Part shown: positions 9,785-19,288 of the stretch, one piece after another
Numbering within the stretch: the stretch's first letter is position 1
Layout of the letters: every line of letters begins with the position of its first letter
Assembly (NCBI GenBank): GCA_038064195.1
Contig: JBBTTO010000002.1
Coordinates: 205,356 to 269,355, forward strand
Reading direction: 5' to 3'
From: Patescibacteria group bacterium
Lineage (GTDB): Bacteria > Patescibacteriota > Microgenomatia > Levybacterales > UBA12049
DNA length: 64,000 bases
Translations under genes and position numbers: made by a program
The notes under the pieces: generated by a model
Seen by the model: only the letters and a program-made list of their open reading frames with translations
What the model was told of the DNA's origin: nothing
Database searches by the model: none

Positions 9785-11068
9785 TTATGAATTATCAACA
9801 ATACGGGCAATCTTTTGGCCTAGCTCAACTGCATAATTGGTACCTCTGTCCCAGGGATAGACTTGCTCAATATTGGCTAAGTAGATATTTTTAAGAGGGG
9901 TAATAAATGCGGGAAGGAGCTTGGAATACCCGGTCGGCACGATAGGTTGGGCGAAGGGTGCCCGAAAGACTCTATAGCTAATCAACGCTTTTTTGTAATC
10001 AGGATTAATTTTTACAAGTGTTGAGTCATAGTGTTTGAGTAGTTCCTCTTTCGTCATGGTAAATTCAGGACTCGTGGGTTCTAAGTAATTACCTACATAA
10101 AGCAAATGCTCGTTATTGAAGTGTTTTTTATCGATTAGATTGGTGTGTTGCACGACCACCATCACAGGTGAGTCCCTCTCACAAATACTGAGCCAATACG
10201 TCCCGTCATGTAAAAAAGGTTTAGTCAATCGAAGAATCATATTGGAAGCACCCAGTCCGCGAAGTCTAACCAGTTTGTTCCTATAGTCATCAGGCAACTG
10301 GGGTGTAATTTTCAAAAATAAAAAAGATGGAAGCGTTACGATTACCCGGTCAAAGATGAAGCTTTCTTCTTTCCCTTTTGCATTCTTTGTTTTGACAGTT
10401 GCTTTATCTGAATCGGTTAGTTCGACTATTTCTGTTTGGAAATAAAAAGTGCCTTTTTGTTTTTTAATTTCTTCAACTACATGCTTAGCAAAGGTAAGAA
10501 ACCCGCCTTCAGGATAGGCTAGGGAAGGAGTTCGTTTGTTAATTCGTGTCCAGAACCAGACAAGTGATATTTCTTGAGCATATTTTCCCATTTTATTACG
10601 CAGTTGCGGTTCCCATAAAAGCGAAAAAGCTCTTCCCCCCATCGTTTTTGAGAGAAAACGTATTGCATTAATTTTTTCAAGCGGCTTCCAAAAAGGATTA
10701 AAGCGCAGAAAAGCGAGGACGATACTCATTCTCAGGCGATCGATAAGTGATAATTGTGAAAAAGTAAGAATTGCTTTCGGTGAGTCAAGCTGGTAGCTTT
10801 TTCCTTTTATAAAAACAGATGTCTTCGGGCGTTTGATGATGACGTGATGGTTAATCTCCCTGGCAAGATTTAAAACAAAATTATCATTGGTAAACCAGTG
10901 GTGATAATGTTTTTCCAAAGTCCAATCCCAGTCTTTTTCCTTGTAACCAACAGCCAACCCTCCCGGCTCCTGATCCCTTTCAAAAACAGTCACGCTATGA
11001 CCTTTTTTCTGCAATTCATAAGCTGCCGCCAGACCGGTAAATCCGGCACCAATAATCCCTATTTTCAT
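9785..11068 (-). CDS. FAD-dependent oxidoreductase (amine oxidase/protoporphyrinogen oxidase-like)
   Basis: IIGAGFTGLAAA, GGLA, HYHH, YPWDRGTNYAV. Confidence 0.85.
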   Translation of the reverse strand: MKIGIIGAGFTGLAAAYELQKKGHSVTVFERDQEPGGLAVGYKEKDWDWTLEKHYHHWFTNDNFVLNLAREINHHVIIKRPKTSVFIKGKSYQLDSPKAILTFSQLSLIDRLRMSIVLAFLRFNPFWKPLEKINAIRFLSKTMGGRAFSLLWEPQLRNKMGKYAQEISLVWFWTRINKRTPSLAYPEGGFLTFAKHVVEEIKKQKGTFYFQTEIVELTDSDKATVKTKNAKGKEESFIFDRVIVTLPSFLFLKITPQLPDDYRNKLVRLRGLGASNMILRLTKPFLHDGTYWLSICERDSPVMVVVQHTNLIDKKHFNNEHLLYVGNYLEPTSPEFTMTKEELLKHYDSTLVKINPDYKKALISYRVFRAPFAQPIVPTGYSKLLPAFITPLKNIYLANIEQVYPWDRGTNYAVELGQKIARIVDNS

Positions 11069-12468
11069 AGTGAGCTGCCTTTAACAAGGAGGATAAGGAG
11101 GGCTCCTGTTCCTGCCATAATTGTCGCTATTATACCTGAGAGGAAGACAAGAGAACTACCGGGCGATTGCGTGACGGGTGCAACACTCTGGGTTAGTATC
11201 CCTGATACCGGAGTTCTGGTCGTAGGTGTGGGGGTTGAGGTTGCGGCCAGAGTTGCTGTCGGTGTCGGACTCAGGGACGGGATATTTGTCGGAGTCGGTG
11301 TATCAGTAGGTGTAGGCGAGGGAGTTATCTGCTGAGGTGAGACTGAAGGTTCAGTGAACTGACTCCCTTCGGCAAAGACCGTGAAAGAGCGGGTGATGGT
11401 TTGGAGGATCCCGTTACTGTCTTTTGTCTTGATGGTAATTGTATGCTCACCGGGGCTGAGTTTGGTCGTCGGGCGATACGACCATGATCCATTTTTATTT
11501 GCTGTAACTGAGGTAGTGATCGGTGTGTCTGAATGAATTTCGATTTCAACAGATTGAGACGGTAAGGCTGTTCCTTCAAATTCTGGCTGCGCGTCATGGA
11601 ATCCTTCCTTATTATCAGGATTCAGGATTTGCGGTTTGGTAGGGCCTGCCTCGGTGCCCGCAAAAGACGGGAAGGACTCCGTGGCTGAACTTGAGGCAAG
11701 AGGAGAGGGAGAAAGACGTGAGGATGTGGTGAAGTCATAAGCGTTGCCGAGGAGAATTGGTGGGACGGGGCTTATTTGACTGGCAAAAACAGATGCTGTG
11801 GCCTGATTATCAGCTCCGACTGCAAGCAGTTTAATGATTGATTGCGGGGTAAATGTCAGATAACTTGCTAAGTCTTTTGATCTAATAGCGTTGAGTGGCA
11901 TGATAAAAGTTCCGTCCGTCTTGGAGAGAACGGAGAGGGTTTGGGCGTTGTCACTTACCAGAAAGACGATGATATTATTGCTTTTATTTCCTGCGCTATC
12001 TGATACATTCCCGATAATAGGTTGTTGTTGTGACGGGTTTTGACTCAAAGGAGACAACGTCGTTATGCTAAAGGGCTGATCATTATCAAGAAAGGTTTTG
12101 TCTGAGGAGGCAATACTGTAGTAATAGCGTGTTTGGGCACTCAGGTTTTTTAGCGTAATATGATGCACAAAATAAGGTTGCGGGTTCCCCGATTGCTGAT
12201 CCCGATCATCAAGAGCGACTTTCCCCACAGCCGCGGTTGTACCATAGGAGAGCGTGCCGAGGGCCGGCGCTCTTGTTATATAGGACACAGTAAAGGATGA
12301 ATCGCTCAGATTGGTAATACGGATGTTTTCGGGAGTATAGGTCGGCGAAGCTTTACTTTCAAAAAAGACACCGTGACTGATCGCCCAATTTATCCCAAAG
12401 ATTCCCCCGATAAGCAGAAAGAGACCAAGTAATGTTGGAATTCGCTTATACCAGATTGAACCGTTCAT
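11065..12468 (-). CDS. Membrane-anchored surface protein with FN3-like and Ig-like domains and Pro/Thr-rich stalk
   Basis: N-terminal TM, ITNLSDSSFTVSY..H.ITLKNL..YYY (FN3-like), PEFEGTA..GSWSY..LSPGEHTIT (Ig-like), TP repeats, C-terminal TM. Confidence 0.75.
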   Translation of the reverse strand: MNGSIWYKRIPTLLGLFLLIGGIFGINWAISHGVFFESKASPTYTPENIRITNLSDSSFTVSYITRAPALGTLSYGTTAAVGKVALDDRDQQSGNPQPYFVHHITLKNLSAQTRYYYSIASSDKTFLDNDQPFSITTLSPLSQNPSQQQPIIGNVSDSAGNKSNNIIVFLVSDNAQTLSVLSKTDGTFIMPLNAIRSKDLASYLTFTPQSIIKLLAVGADNQATASVFASQISPVPPILLGNAYDFTTSSRLSPSPLASSSATESFPSFAGTEAGPTKPQILNPDNKEGFHDAQPEFEGTALPSQSVEIEIHSDTPITTSVTANKNGSWSYRPTTKLSPGEHTITIKTKDSNGILQTITRSFTVFAEGSQFTEPSVSPQQITPSPTPTDTPTPTNIPSLSPTPTATLAATSTPTPTTRTPVSGILTQSVAPVTQSPGSSLVFLSGIIATIMAGTGALLILLVKGSSL

Positions 12469-12791
12469 AATGGCAGCTCCTCTCCCTTGGCTGATTCTGT
12501 CGCGACTGGCTCGGGTGGTACTTCCTCTGTTAATCCTGCAGCTTCGCTGGCAGGTGTAATTACTGTCTGTCCTGCCCCGGTCAGAAGCGGTGTCACAACA
12601 GCTCTTTTTTTCAGAAGCTCAAGGACACTCGTGTCAAAAACCGGCGCGATAGGATTAATGGCAATTTGCTGGGAGGATGAGATAGTTGAGGTAACTGCCC
12701 GATTATATACTCCGAAAATAATCCACAAAATGATAAGGATAGTTGAAGGTATCACTATGAAAAGAAGATTTTTCTGTTGCGTTTTTTTCAT
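12465..12791 (-). CDS. Small single-TM protein at the PilP position
   Basis: One TM helix; ATGA-coupled to both neighbours. Confidence 0.6.
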   Translation of the reverse strand: MKKTQQKNLLFIVIPSTILIILWIIFGVYNRAVTSTISSSQQIAINPIAPVFDTSVLELLKKRAVVTPLLTGAGQTVITPASEAAGLTEEVPPEPVATESAKGEELPL

Positions 12792-13414
12792 GGTCTGTAG
12801 TATGTCTCAATAACAATTGTCAAGCGATATTTACTGGTGTTAAGCTCGGTTGGGACGACAACTGACATCGATGAGACAGTGAGTAATCGATCAAAATCAG
12901 TAAGTGAATCATAGAACTTTTTGAATGATTCAAAATCTCCTTTGACTCCGATGTTCATCATGATCGGAGTAAGTACGCTTTTTGCTTTGCCGCTTGATGC
13001 TATTTCTGTAGATTGGACCTGCAACTGGTCAAGTGTAACGCCGGCATCCTGTGCAAGCGTACGGATTTGTCCGCTGAGTTTGCCTACCTGAGGTGACTGC
13101 GGGATAGCGGAATAAAGGACAGGAAGCCGGGGCGAAATACTGGTAAACGATGATTGCAGTTGTGTCATGTTGGTAATTTTATTTTGCAGCTGAGATTCAA
13201 GGAACTTATTGTCTTTGACAGTTTTTCTCAGCACAGCGATGGTACTTAGGGTTGGGCTGATCGCAAATATACCGAAAAAGGAGATTGCTAAGAAAGTTAA
13301 GAGAACTGTGGCGTACGTCTGGACTTTTTCCTCATGAATATTAGGCAGAGAGCGAATATAGGCAAGGTATTTCTCTTTTGACAGACCTTTTAGGAAGTTA
13401 GCACTTACTTTCAT
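12788..13414 (-). CDS. pilO: Type IV pilus assembly protein PilO-like
   Basis: TM, coiled coil, AIP motif, ferredoxin-like V.GDF..F...L....RLL.V segment. Confidence 0.75.
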   Translation of the reverse strand: MKVSANFLKGLSKEKYLAYIRSLPNIHEEKVQTYATVLLTFLAISFFGIFAISPTLSTIAVLRKTVKDNKFLESQLQNKITNMTQLQSSFTSISPRLPVLYSAIPQSPQVGKLSGQIRTLAQDAGVTLDQLQVQSTEIASSGKAKSVLTPIMMNIGVKGDFESFKKFYDSLTDFDRLLTVSSMSVVVPTELNTSKYRLTIVIETYYRP

Positions 13415-14010
13415 TGATTTCTCCCTTCAGAAGCAGAGGCTTGTGTAAGCCCAGCAATATTTTGTTTGGGAAAGACAACGTGGGCGGAGATGACAGCTGC
13501 AATCTGGGCGCTTGTTGTCCTATCTTCAATACGGTCAATACTGATGTCTTTAAGTTCTTTAAGTTCTTGAAGTTGGTTAACAAATTGTTTGAGACTGGTG
13601 ATATTACTGGTAATGATTTCAACATGTATTACGTCATGATTAATATCGATTGCTTTGAATGTCATATTTGAGTTTTTGCCTGTCTCAGTGATTTTCGTAA
13701 AAAGACCGGATGTAAAATCCAGGTTAGATGAGAGCTGTTTTGCCTGCAGCAAACGTTCTTGAAGCTGACGGTAGCTCGCTTCCTGCTCCGAAAGCGCGTT
13801 GACGATTACCTGTTTGGCTTTGATTTTGTCGTGAAGATCAACAATTTGTCTGTCGAGTGCGAAGCGGTATAAAAATGCCGCTAAAGCGATCGTTTCTGTC
13901 AGAATGACAATGAATCGGCCTCCGGTTATCGCCCAATGAATGAAAATGTCAATTGAAGGTGTCGCCTTTTTTTTGAGGAGATTAACATTAAGTGAGATTT
14001 GCTTTTCCAT
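13411..14010 (-). CDS. pilN: Type IV pilus assembly protein PilN-like
   Basis: N-terminal VNLL motif, TM, coiled coil, ferredoxin-like C-terminus; adjacent to pilO. Confidence 0.7.
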   Translation of the reverse strand: MEKQISLNVNLLKKKATPSIDIFIHWAITGGRFIVILTETIALAAFLYRFALDRQIVDLHDKIKAKQVIVNALSEQEASYRQLQERLLQAKQLSSNLDFTSGLFTKITETGKNSNMTFKAIDINHDVIHVEIITSNITSLKQFVNQLQELKELKDISIDRIEDRTTSAQIAAVISAHVVFPKQNIAGLTQASASEGRNQ

Positions 14011-14017
14011 GGCAGTA

Positions 14018-14097
14018 AGCTAATTCGATCGGCAACACAAACAGAGCCGATTCCATCAGCCTTCTTTCAGTCTAGATTGTCTATGAAAAAATGTCAA
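14018..14097 (-). promoter_or_regulatory. Sigma70 promoter and hairpin leader of the pilN operon
   Basis: TTGACA (14097-14092)-17 nt-TAGACT (14074-14069); leader hairpin gctgat-gga-atcggc...gccgat-cga-attagc. Confidence 0.6.
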
Positions 14098-14155
14098 AGC
14101 AATTTAGCTTATTTCGCTCTGGAAAGAAGGGCGATAGTATGGTATACTTACCAGT

Positions 14156-14278
14156 AAGTCAAAAGGTAAAAGTCAAAGGTTAAAGGCACAAGTAAAAACT
14201 CACAGGTTTTTAAATGAATTAGTAGCTCTTTTTTACTTTTGCATGGTAATTTTGATTTTTGCATTTTGACTTTTGATT
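14156..14278. repeat. Long imperfect hairpin with 7-nt periodic arms in the fusA leader
   Basis: agtcaaa aggtaaa agtcaaa ggttaaa ... ttgattt ttgcatt ttgactt ttgattt; follows TGGTATACT at 14140-14148. Confidence 0.75.
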
Positions 14279-14284
14279 TTAGTT

Positions 14285-16390
14285 ATGGCAGATACATCAC
14301 GACAAGTTCCTCTTGAAAGAATTCGCAATATCGGTATTATTGCGCATATTGACGCGGGCAAAACCACGACAACTGAACGCATTCTTTTTTATACCGGTCG
14401 TACCTATAAAATCGGTGATATTGATGAAGGTAATACCCAAATGGACTGGATGGAGCAGGAAAAAGAACGCGGGATCACGATCGTTTCAGCAGCGACGACT
14501 ACTTTTTGGAAAGACTATCGTATCAATATAATTGATACCCCGGGGCACGTTGACTTCACGGCAGAGGTAGAGCGCTCCCTCCGCGTTCTTGATGGAGGCA
14601 TTACCGTACTGGACGCTGAGGAAGGTGTGCAGTCTCAGTCAGAAACCGTCTGGCGTCAGGCAGACAAGTATAAAGTTCCCCGTATTTGTTTTGTCAATAA
14701 AATGGATAAATTAGGGGCTGATTTTTTGGCTACTGTCAAAAGTATTGAAGACCGACTCGGCGCGAATCCTGCCATCATGGTCATCCCCATTGGTGCTGAG
14801 AACACCTATGTCGGGAATGTCGATTTACTTACCAGAAAGGCGATTCGTTGGAGCTCCGAAGAACTTGGTGCGAAATTTGATGTCAGTGATGATATTCCTG
14901 AAGAACTAAAGGCGCAGGTAGAAGAATATCGTTCAAAGCTTATTGAGAAAATTTCAGAGACAGATGACGCTTTACTTGAAAAATATCTGGCCGGGGAAGA
15001 GCCGACTGTTGATGAGCTTAAGAAAGCACTTCGGGCAGCTGTTATTGCCTATAAATTAGTTCCGATTTATGCAGGTACTTCTCTTCGCAATAAGGGTGTC
15101 CAGCCGCTTTTGGATGCAGTCATAGATTATCTTCCGTCCCCTGTCGACTTAAAAGAGGTAAAAGGTATCCATCCCAAGACAAATGAGCCAGAGGTGCGTC
15201 AGCTCGTTCCTGCGGAGTCTTTCAGTGGTCTCGCATTTAAGATTCAGAACGATCCGCATGTCGGGAAACTTACGTATTTCCGTGTTTATTCAGGCAAAAT
15301 AGAAGCCGGTTCGTATGTTTTTAACAGTTCTAAAGGAGTTAAAGAACGTGTCGGGCGCTTACTGATGATGCATGCAAATCAAAGAGAGGAAATAAAAGAA
15401 GGTTTTGCCGGAGAGATTGTGGCAGTTGTAGGACTAAAAGACACAGGTACAGGAGATACACTCTGTGATGAGGCAAAGCCGATTGTCTTGGAGAAAATTT
15501 CTTTCCCTGAGCCGGTTATTTCACTGGCGATTGAGCCCCAGACTAAGTCAGATCAGGAAAAGTTAGGCTATGCCTTAAAACGCCTGACGGAGGAGGATCC
15601 GACATTCTCAGTAAAAAGCAATCATGAGACAGGTCAAACAATCATCTCAGGTATTGGTGAGCTACAGCTTGAAGTTATGGTAGACCGTATGAAAAGGGAA
15701 TTTAATGTCTTGGCTAATGTCGGTGCACCTCAAGTAGCTTATAAAGAAACGTTCACTGAAGAAGTCAAAGCAGAGGGTAAATATATTCGTCAGTCCGGAG
15801 GACGAGGACAATTCGGACATTGTTGGCTCAGAATTGAGCCAAAAACCCGCGGTGAGGGAAATGAGTTCGTCAGTGAGATTAAGGGAGGAGCTATCCCTCA
15901 AGAATTCGTCAAAGCAGTTGAGAAAGGAGTCTGGGAAACACTTGAAAATGGAGTCCTACTTGGGTATCCGATTGTTGATGTCAAGGTCGCATGTTATGAC
16001 GGGTCCTATCATGAAGTTGACTCGAGTGAAGTAGCCTTTAAGATTGCTGCTTCTCAGGCTATCCAGGCAGCCTCCAAGAAAACACAGATGAATCTGCTTG
16101 AGCCTATCATGAAGGTTGAAGTGACGACTCCATCAGAGTTCATGGGAGATGTGATGGGTGATCTTTCCAGTAAACGCGCACAAATTATTGGCACTGAGGA
16201 ACGCGCTCGAGCTACCATTATTAACGCGATGGTTCCTTTGTCTGAATTAACAGGCTATGTAACAACGCTTCGCTCGATGAGTAAAGGTCGAGCAAGTGCT
16301 TATGTTGAGCCGAGTCACTATGACATCGTTCCCCGTAACATCGTCGACCAGATGGTCGCCAAATCCACTTTCACCGGCCGCGTTGAATAA
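14285..16390 (+). CDS. fusA: Elongation factor G
   Basis: [27 protein letters not shown]; ATG 14285 preferred over TTG 14273. Confidence 0.98.
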   Translation: MADTSRQVPLERIRNIGIIAHIDAGKTTTTERILFYTGRTYKIGDIDEGNTQMDWMEQEKERGITIVSAATTTFWKDYRINIIDTPGHVDFTAEVERSLRVLDGGITVLDAEEGVQSQSETVWRQADKYKVPRICFVNKMDKLGADFLATVKSIEDRLGANPAIMVIPIGAENTYVGNVDLLTRKAIRWSSEELGAKFDVSDDIPEELKAQVEEYRSKLIEKISETDDALLEKYLAGEEPTVDELKKALRAAVIAYKLVPIYAGTSLRNKGVQPLLDAVIDYLPSPVDLKEVKGIHPKTNEPEVRQLVPAESFSGLAFKIQNDPHVGKLTYFRVYSGKIEAGSYVFNSSKGVKERVGRLLMMHANQREEIKEGFAGEIVAVVGLKDTGTGDTLCDEAKPIVLEKISFPEPVISLAIEPQTKSDQEKLGYALKRLTEEDPTFSVKSNHETGQTIISGIGELQLEVMVDRMKREFNVLANVGAPQVAYKETFTEEVKAEGKYIRQSGGRGQFGHCWLRIEPKTRGEGNEFVSEIKGGAIPQEFVKAVEKGVWETLENGVLLGYPIVDVKVACYDGSYHEVDSSEVAFKIAASQAIQAASKKTQMNLLEPIMKVEVTTPSEFMGDVMGDLSSKRAQIIGTEERARATIINAMVPLSELTGYVTTLRSMSKGRASAYVEPSHYDIVPRNIVDQMVAKSTFTGRVE

Positions 16391-16409
16391 AACCTAACCT
16401 ATCCTATAG

Positions 16410-16438
16410 TTGATTATCCAGCTTATTTTGTTTATAAT
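16410..16438 (+). promoter_or_regulatory. Sigma70-like promoter of the Zn-finger cassette
   Basis: TTGATT-17 nt-TATAAT. Confidence 0.55.
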
Positions 16439-16485
16439 GCAAATAGTGTTGTCCGTTTGGATGACAGAAGTAGAAAGGTACGACC

Positions 16486-16758
16486 GTGAGTCACGAAGAA
16501 GTCGACGAATGGTACCGGAAAAATCAGCCAAGGGAAGAAGTCTGCTCCGGATGCAATGGCACCGGCAGGATGGACTCAATGACCGACTCCGGATCGTTCA
16601 CCTGCACCTGGTGCGGAGGCAGCGGGAAGCCGAACGAGTATTCTCGGCGATTCGGTCACGGGACTGTAACCCGGTGTGCTCACTGCCACGGGACGGGACA
16701 GATTGACTCAATCGCTGATGCCGGTAAATTCCCCTGTCCCTACTGCAGCCGCCGATGA
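16486..16758 (+). CDS. Small CxxCxGxG (DnaJ-type) zinc-finger protein
   Basis: CSGCNGTG, CTWCGGSG, CAHCHGTG, CPYC; GAAAGG SD before GTG. Confidence 0.75.
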   Translation: MSHEEVDEWYRKNQPREEVCSGCNGTGRMDSMTDSGSFTCTWCGGSGKPNEYSRRFGHGTVTRCAHCHGTGQIDSIADAGKFPCPYCSRR

Positions 16759-16837
16759 AAAGGCAAGTCAAACGTTCCAAAGCACCGTAAGGTGAGAAAG
16801 GATTGCCTATGGCACAGGTCCTGCAAGCGCAGGCGAA

Positions 16838-16886
16838 AAGAGTGTCTTAGGGTTGTCCAATCTCTACAACCCCAGGGTGCTTTTTT
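16838..16886 (+). terminator. Probable intrinsic terminator
   Basis: gggttgt/acaaccc stem extended by agtgtctt/agggtgct, then T-tract. Confidence 0.55.
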
Positions 16887-16966
16887 CATGGAAGGAAGCT
16901 ATAATTTTAGATATTTTTTTAAAATCAGCTTGTAAATTAATTCTAATCAAGTTACTATAGCTTTCC

Positions 16967-18076
16967 ATGAAGAAGAAAATCCGGATTGGTATTTTGTTTG
17001 GTGGGCAGTCGGCCGAGCACGAGGTCTCGATCCAGTCGGCAAAGAATGTTGTGGCTGCTTTAGATAAAAGCAAATACGAGGCAGTCCCGATTGGCATCAC
17101 TAAAAAAGGCAAATGGCATAGTTTTACCCAAGCGCAATTCAATCTCCTTGCTAGCAAAAACTATCAGGCTCTCCCAGAGAAGGTAGCTAGTGAGAGCTTG
17201 CCTATCGTTTCAGTAAAGCAAGGCAACCTTGACGTTGTTTTTCCCATTTTGCATGGGCCGATGGGTGAGGATGGAACGGTTCAGGGCTTGTTGAAATTAA
17301 TGGATATACCTTTTATCGGAGCGGATGTACTCGGCTCAGCCTTAGGGATGGACAAAGATGTCATGAAGCGGTTGCTGCGTGATGCAGGACTACCAATTGC
17401 AAAGTTTTTAGTATTTCATAAAAAGAATAATACCGTCATTCTGGCAAACGGAGTGCGTCCAGAATCAACAAAAGATAGATCCTGGACAAGCCAGGATGAC
17501 GAATTGTTTTTATTTGTCAAAAAACAATTAGGACTTCCTTTTTTTGTAAAACCTGCTAATCTTGGTTCCTCAGTCGGAGTTTCAAAAGTTCATAGTTCAG
17601 AGGAGTTTGATAGAGCAATAGATAAAGCATTTAGTTATGACAGAAAAATTCTTGTTGAAGAGGGAATTGACGCACGCGAAATTGAGTGTTCGGTCTTAGG
17701 TAATGAAGAAAAAATTGCATCAGTTCCTGGAGAAATAATTCCAAGCCATGAATTTTATGACTATGAGGCAAAGTATATTGATGAAGATGGTGCAATACTT
17801 GATATCCCTGCTAAATTAAACAAAAAACAAGTAAAAGAGATCCAGGAGATGGCCATTAAAGCTTGCCAAGTTCTCTGCGTGGATGGAATGGCGAGGGTTG
17901 ATTTTTTTATAGACAAAAAAACAGACAAGATCTATATCAATGAGATTAATACCACTCCTGGCTTTACCAATATCAGCATGTATCCCAAGCTTTGGGAGGC
18001 AAGCGGTATCCCGTATGCAGCCTTAATTGATCGATTAATAAGCCTGGCACTCGAAAGACATAAAAAAAGAGTATAG
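16967..18076 (+). CDS. ddl: D-alanine--D-alanine ligase
   Basis: GGQSAEHEVS, LHGPMGEDG, VKPANLGSSVG, FYDYEAKY, NEINTTPG. Confidence 0.96.
   Translation: MKKKIRIGILFGGQSAEHEVSIQSAKNVVAALDKSKYEAVPIGITKKGKWHSFTQAQFNLLASKNYQALPEKVASESLPIVSVKQGNLDVVFPILHGPMGEDGTVQGLLKLMDIPFIGADVLGSALGMDKDVMKRLLRDAGLPIAKFLVFHKKNNTVILANGVRPESTKDRSWTSQDDELFLFVKKQLGLPFFVKPANLGSSVGVSKVHSSEEFDRAIDKAFSYDRKILVEEGIDAREIECSVLGNEEKIASVPGEIIPSHEFYDYEAKYIDEDGAILDIPAKLNKKQVKEIQEMAIKACQVLCVDGMARVDFFIDKKTDKIYINEINTTPGFTNISMYPKLWEASGIPYAALIDRLISLALERHKKRV
17434..17501. mobile_element. Palindromic (REP/RPE-like) element inserted in frame in ddl
   Basis: Terminal inverted repeats cgtcattctggc / gccaggatgacg and two internal hairpins; encodes extra VILANGVRPESTKDRSWTSQDD. 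Confidence 0.75.
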
Positions 18077-18115
18077 CTAGGCCTATAGCTAAAATATGAT
18101 ACAATAGTGCCACCT

Positions 18116-19288
18116 ATGGCACGTAAAAGAATAACCGAACACAAAGCCAAGGAGCTCTTTTTGGAATACCTCGGTCTCCCCTACCAGGGAAGAGAAGTGA
18201 GAGGGAATGACTTCTCCACCATTTCTGATCTTGACTCTGGAACTACCTATGTTGTTAAAGTTGATCAGGGTATCAAGAAAAGATTTAAATTAGGCTTAGT
18301 TGCACTTGATATCTCGGTAGATAAGCTCCCTCATGAAATAAAACAACTTGCTGACAAAGGCTATTCTCAGTTCATTGTTGAGCCCTTTCGTACACATGTT
18401 CAATCTCAGGAGCGGTATGTAGCAATTCAGAGAACTCGTGAAGGGTTTACGTTTCTTCTCTCTACACAAGGAGGAGTCAGTATTGAAGAACACAGTGATT
18501 CATTAAAAACATTCCCTCATACACAAATCGTCAAAGCGGCAGAATTCATTGGGCTCACACAAGAGCTGCTTGAGAAGATGCTTAAGGCAATGGATGAATA
18601 TCATTTTTCATTCCTTGAGGTTAATCCACTTATCCATACTGGTGATGATATCTATTTGCTTGATTTAGCTGTTGAGGTTGATAGTGCAGGCGAGTTCTTT
18701 GTTAAAAATAGCTGGACACACAAAGATTTTGTGGCAGATGGTAGTGGTAAGACAGATGAGGAAAAAGCTGTTGAAGAGTTATCTGATAAAAGCCAGGCAT
18801 CATTCCGACTTGCCGTCCTCAACCCAAATGGGTCAATTTTTATGCTCCTTTCAGGCGGAGGAGCAAGTATCGTTCTGGCTGATGAGGTATATAACCAAGG
18901 TAAAGGTAAAGAGCTAGCTAACTATGGAGAATATAGCGGTAATCCGAATGCTGAGGAAACATATCTTTATACAAAGCAAATCTTACGTTTATTACTTTCT
19001 TCTCAGGCAAAAAGAAAAGCGCTTATCATTGCCGGCGGAGTAGCTAATTTTACTGATATTCGGGTGACTTTTAAGGGCATCATCCAGGCTCTTGATGAAG
19101 TTAAAAATGAACTAAAGGCTCAAGGTGTAAAGGTTTTTGTGCGCCGTGGTGGGCCTTATCAGGAAGAGGGTTTAGCTACTATGAAAACCTATCTTGAAAA
19201 AGAGGATTTACTAGGAACGCTTGCAGGTCCGGAGATGATGTTGACTGATGTTGTTTCACAAGGACTTAAGGAGGTTACTCATGCTTGA
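18116..19288 (+). CDS. aclB: ATP citrate lyase, ATP-grasp/citrate-binding subunit
   Basis: VVKVDQGIKKR.KLGL, LEVNPL, GGGAS, NYGEYSGNP, AGGVANFT, VRRGGP. Confidence 0.88.
   Translation: MARKRITEHKAKELFLEYLGLPYQGREVRGNDFSTISDLDSGTTYVVKVDQGIKKRFKLGLVALDISVDKLPHEIKQLADKGYSQFIVEPFRTHVQSQERYVAIQRTREGFTFLLSTQGGVSIEEHSDSLKTFPHTQIVKAAEFIGLTQELLEKMLKAMDEYHFSFLEVNPLIHTGDDIYLLDLAVEVDSAGEFFVKNSWTHKDFVADGSGKTDEEKAVEELSDKSQASFRLAVLNPNGSIFMLLSGGGASIVLADEVYNQGKGKELANYGEYSGNPNAEETYLYTKQILRLLLSSQAKRKALIIAGGVANFTDIRVTFKGIIQALDEVKNELKAQGVKVFVRRGGPYQEEGLATMKTYLEKEDLLGTLAGPEMMLTDVVSQGLKEVTHA

Noticed and set aside
16410-16706. 98-aa Arg-rich ORF
   Set aside because: Alternative frame of the Zn-finger gene; its start codon falls in the predicted -35 box
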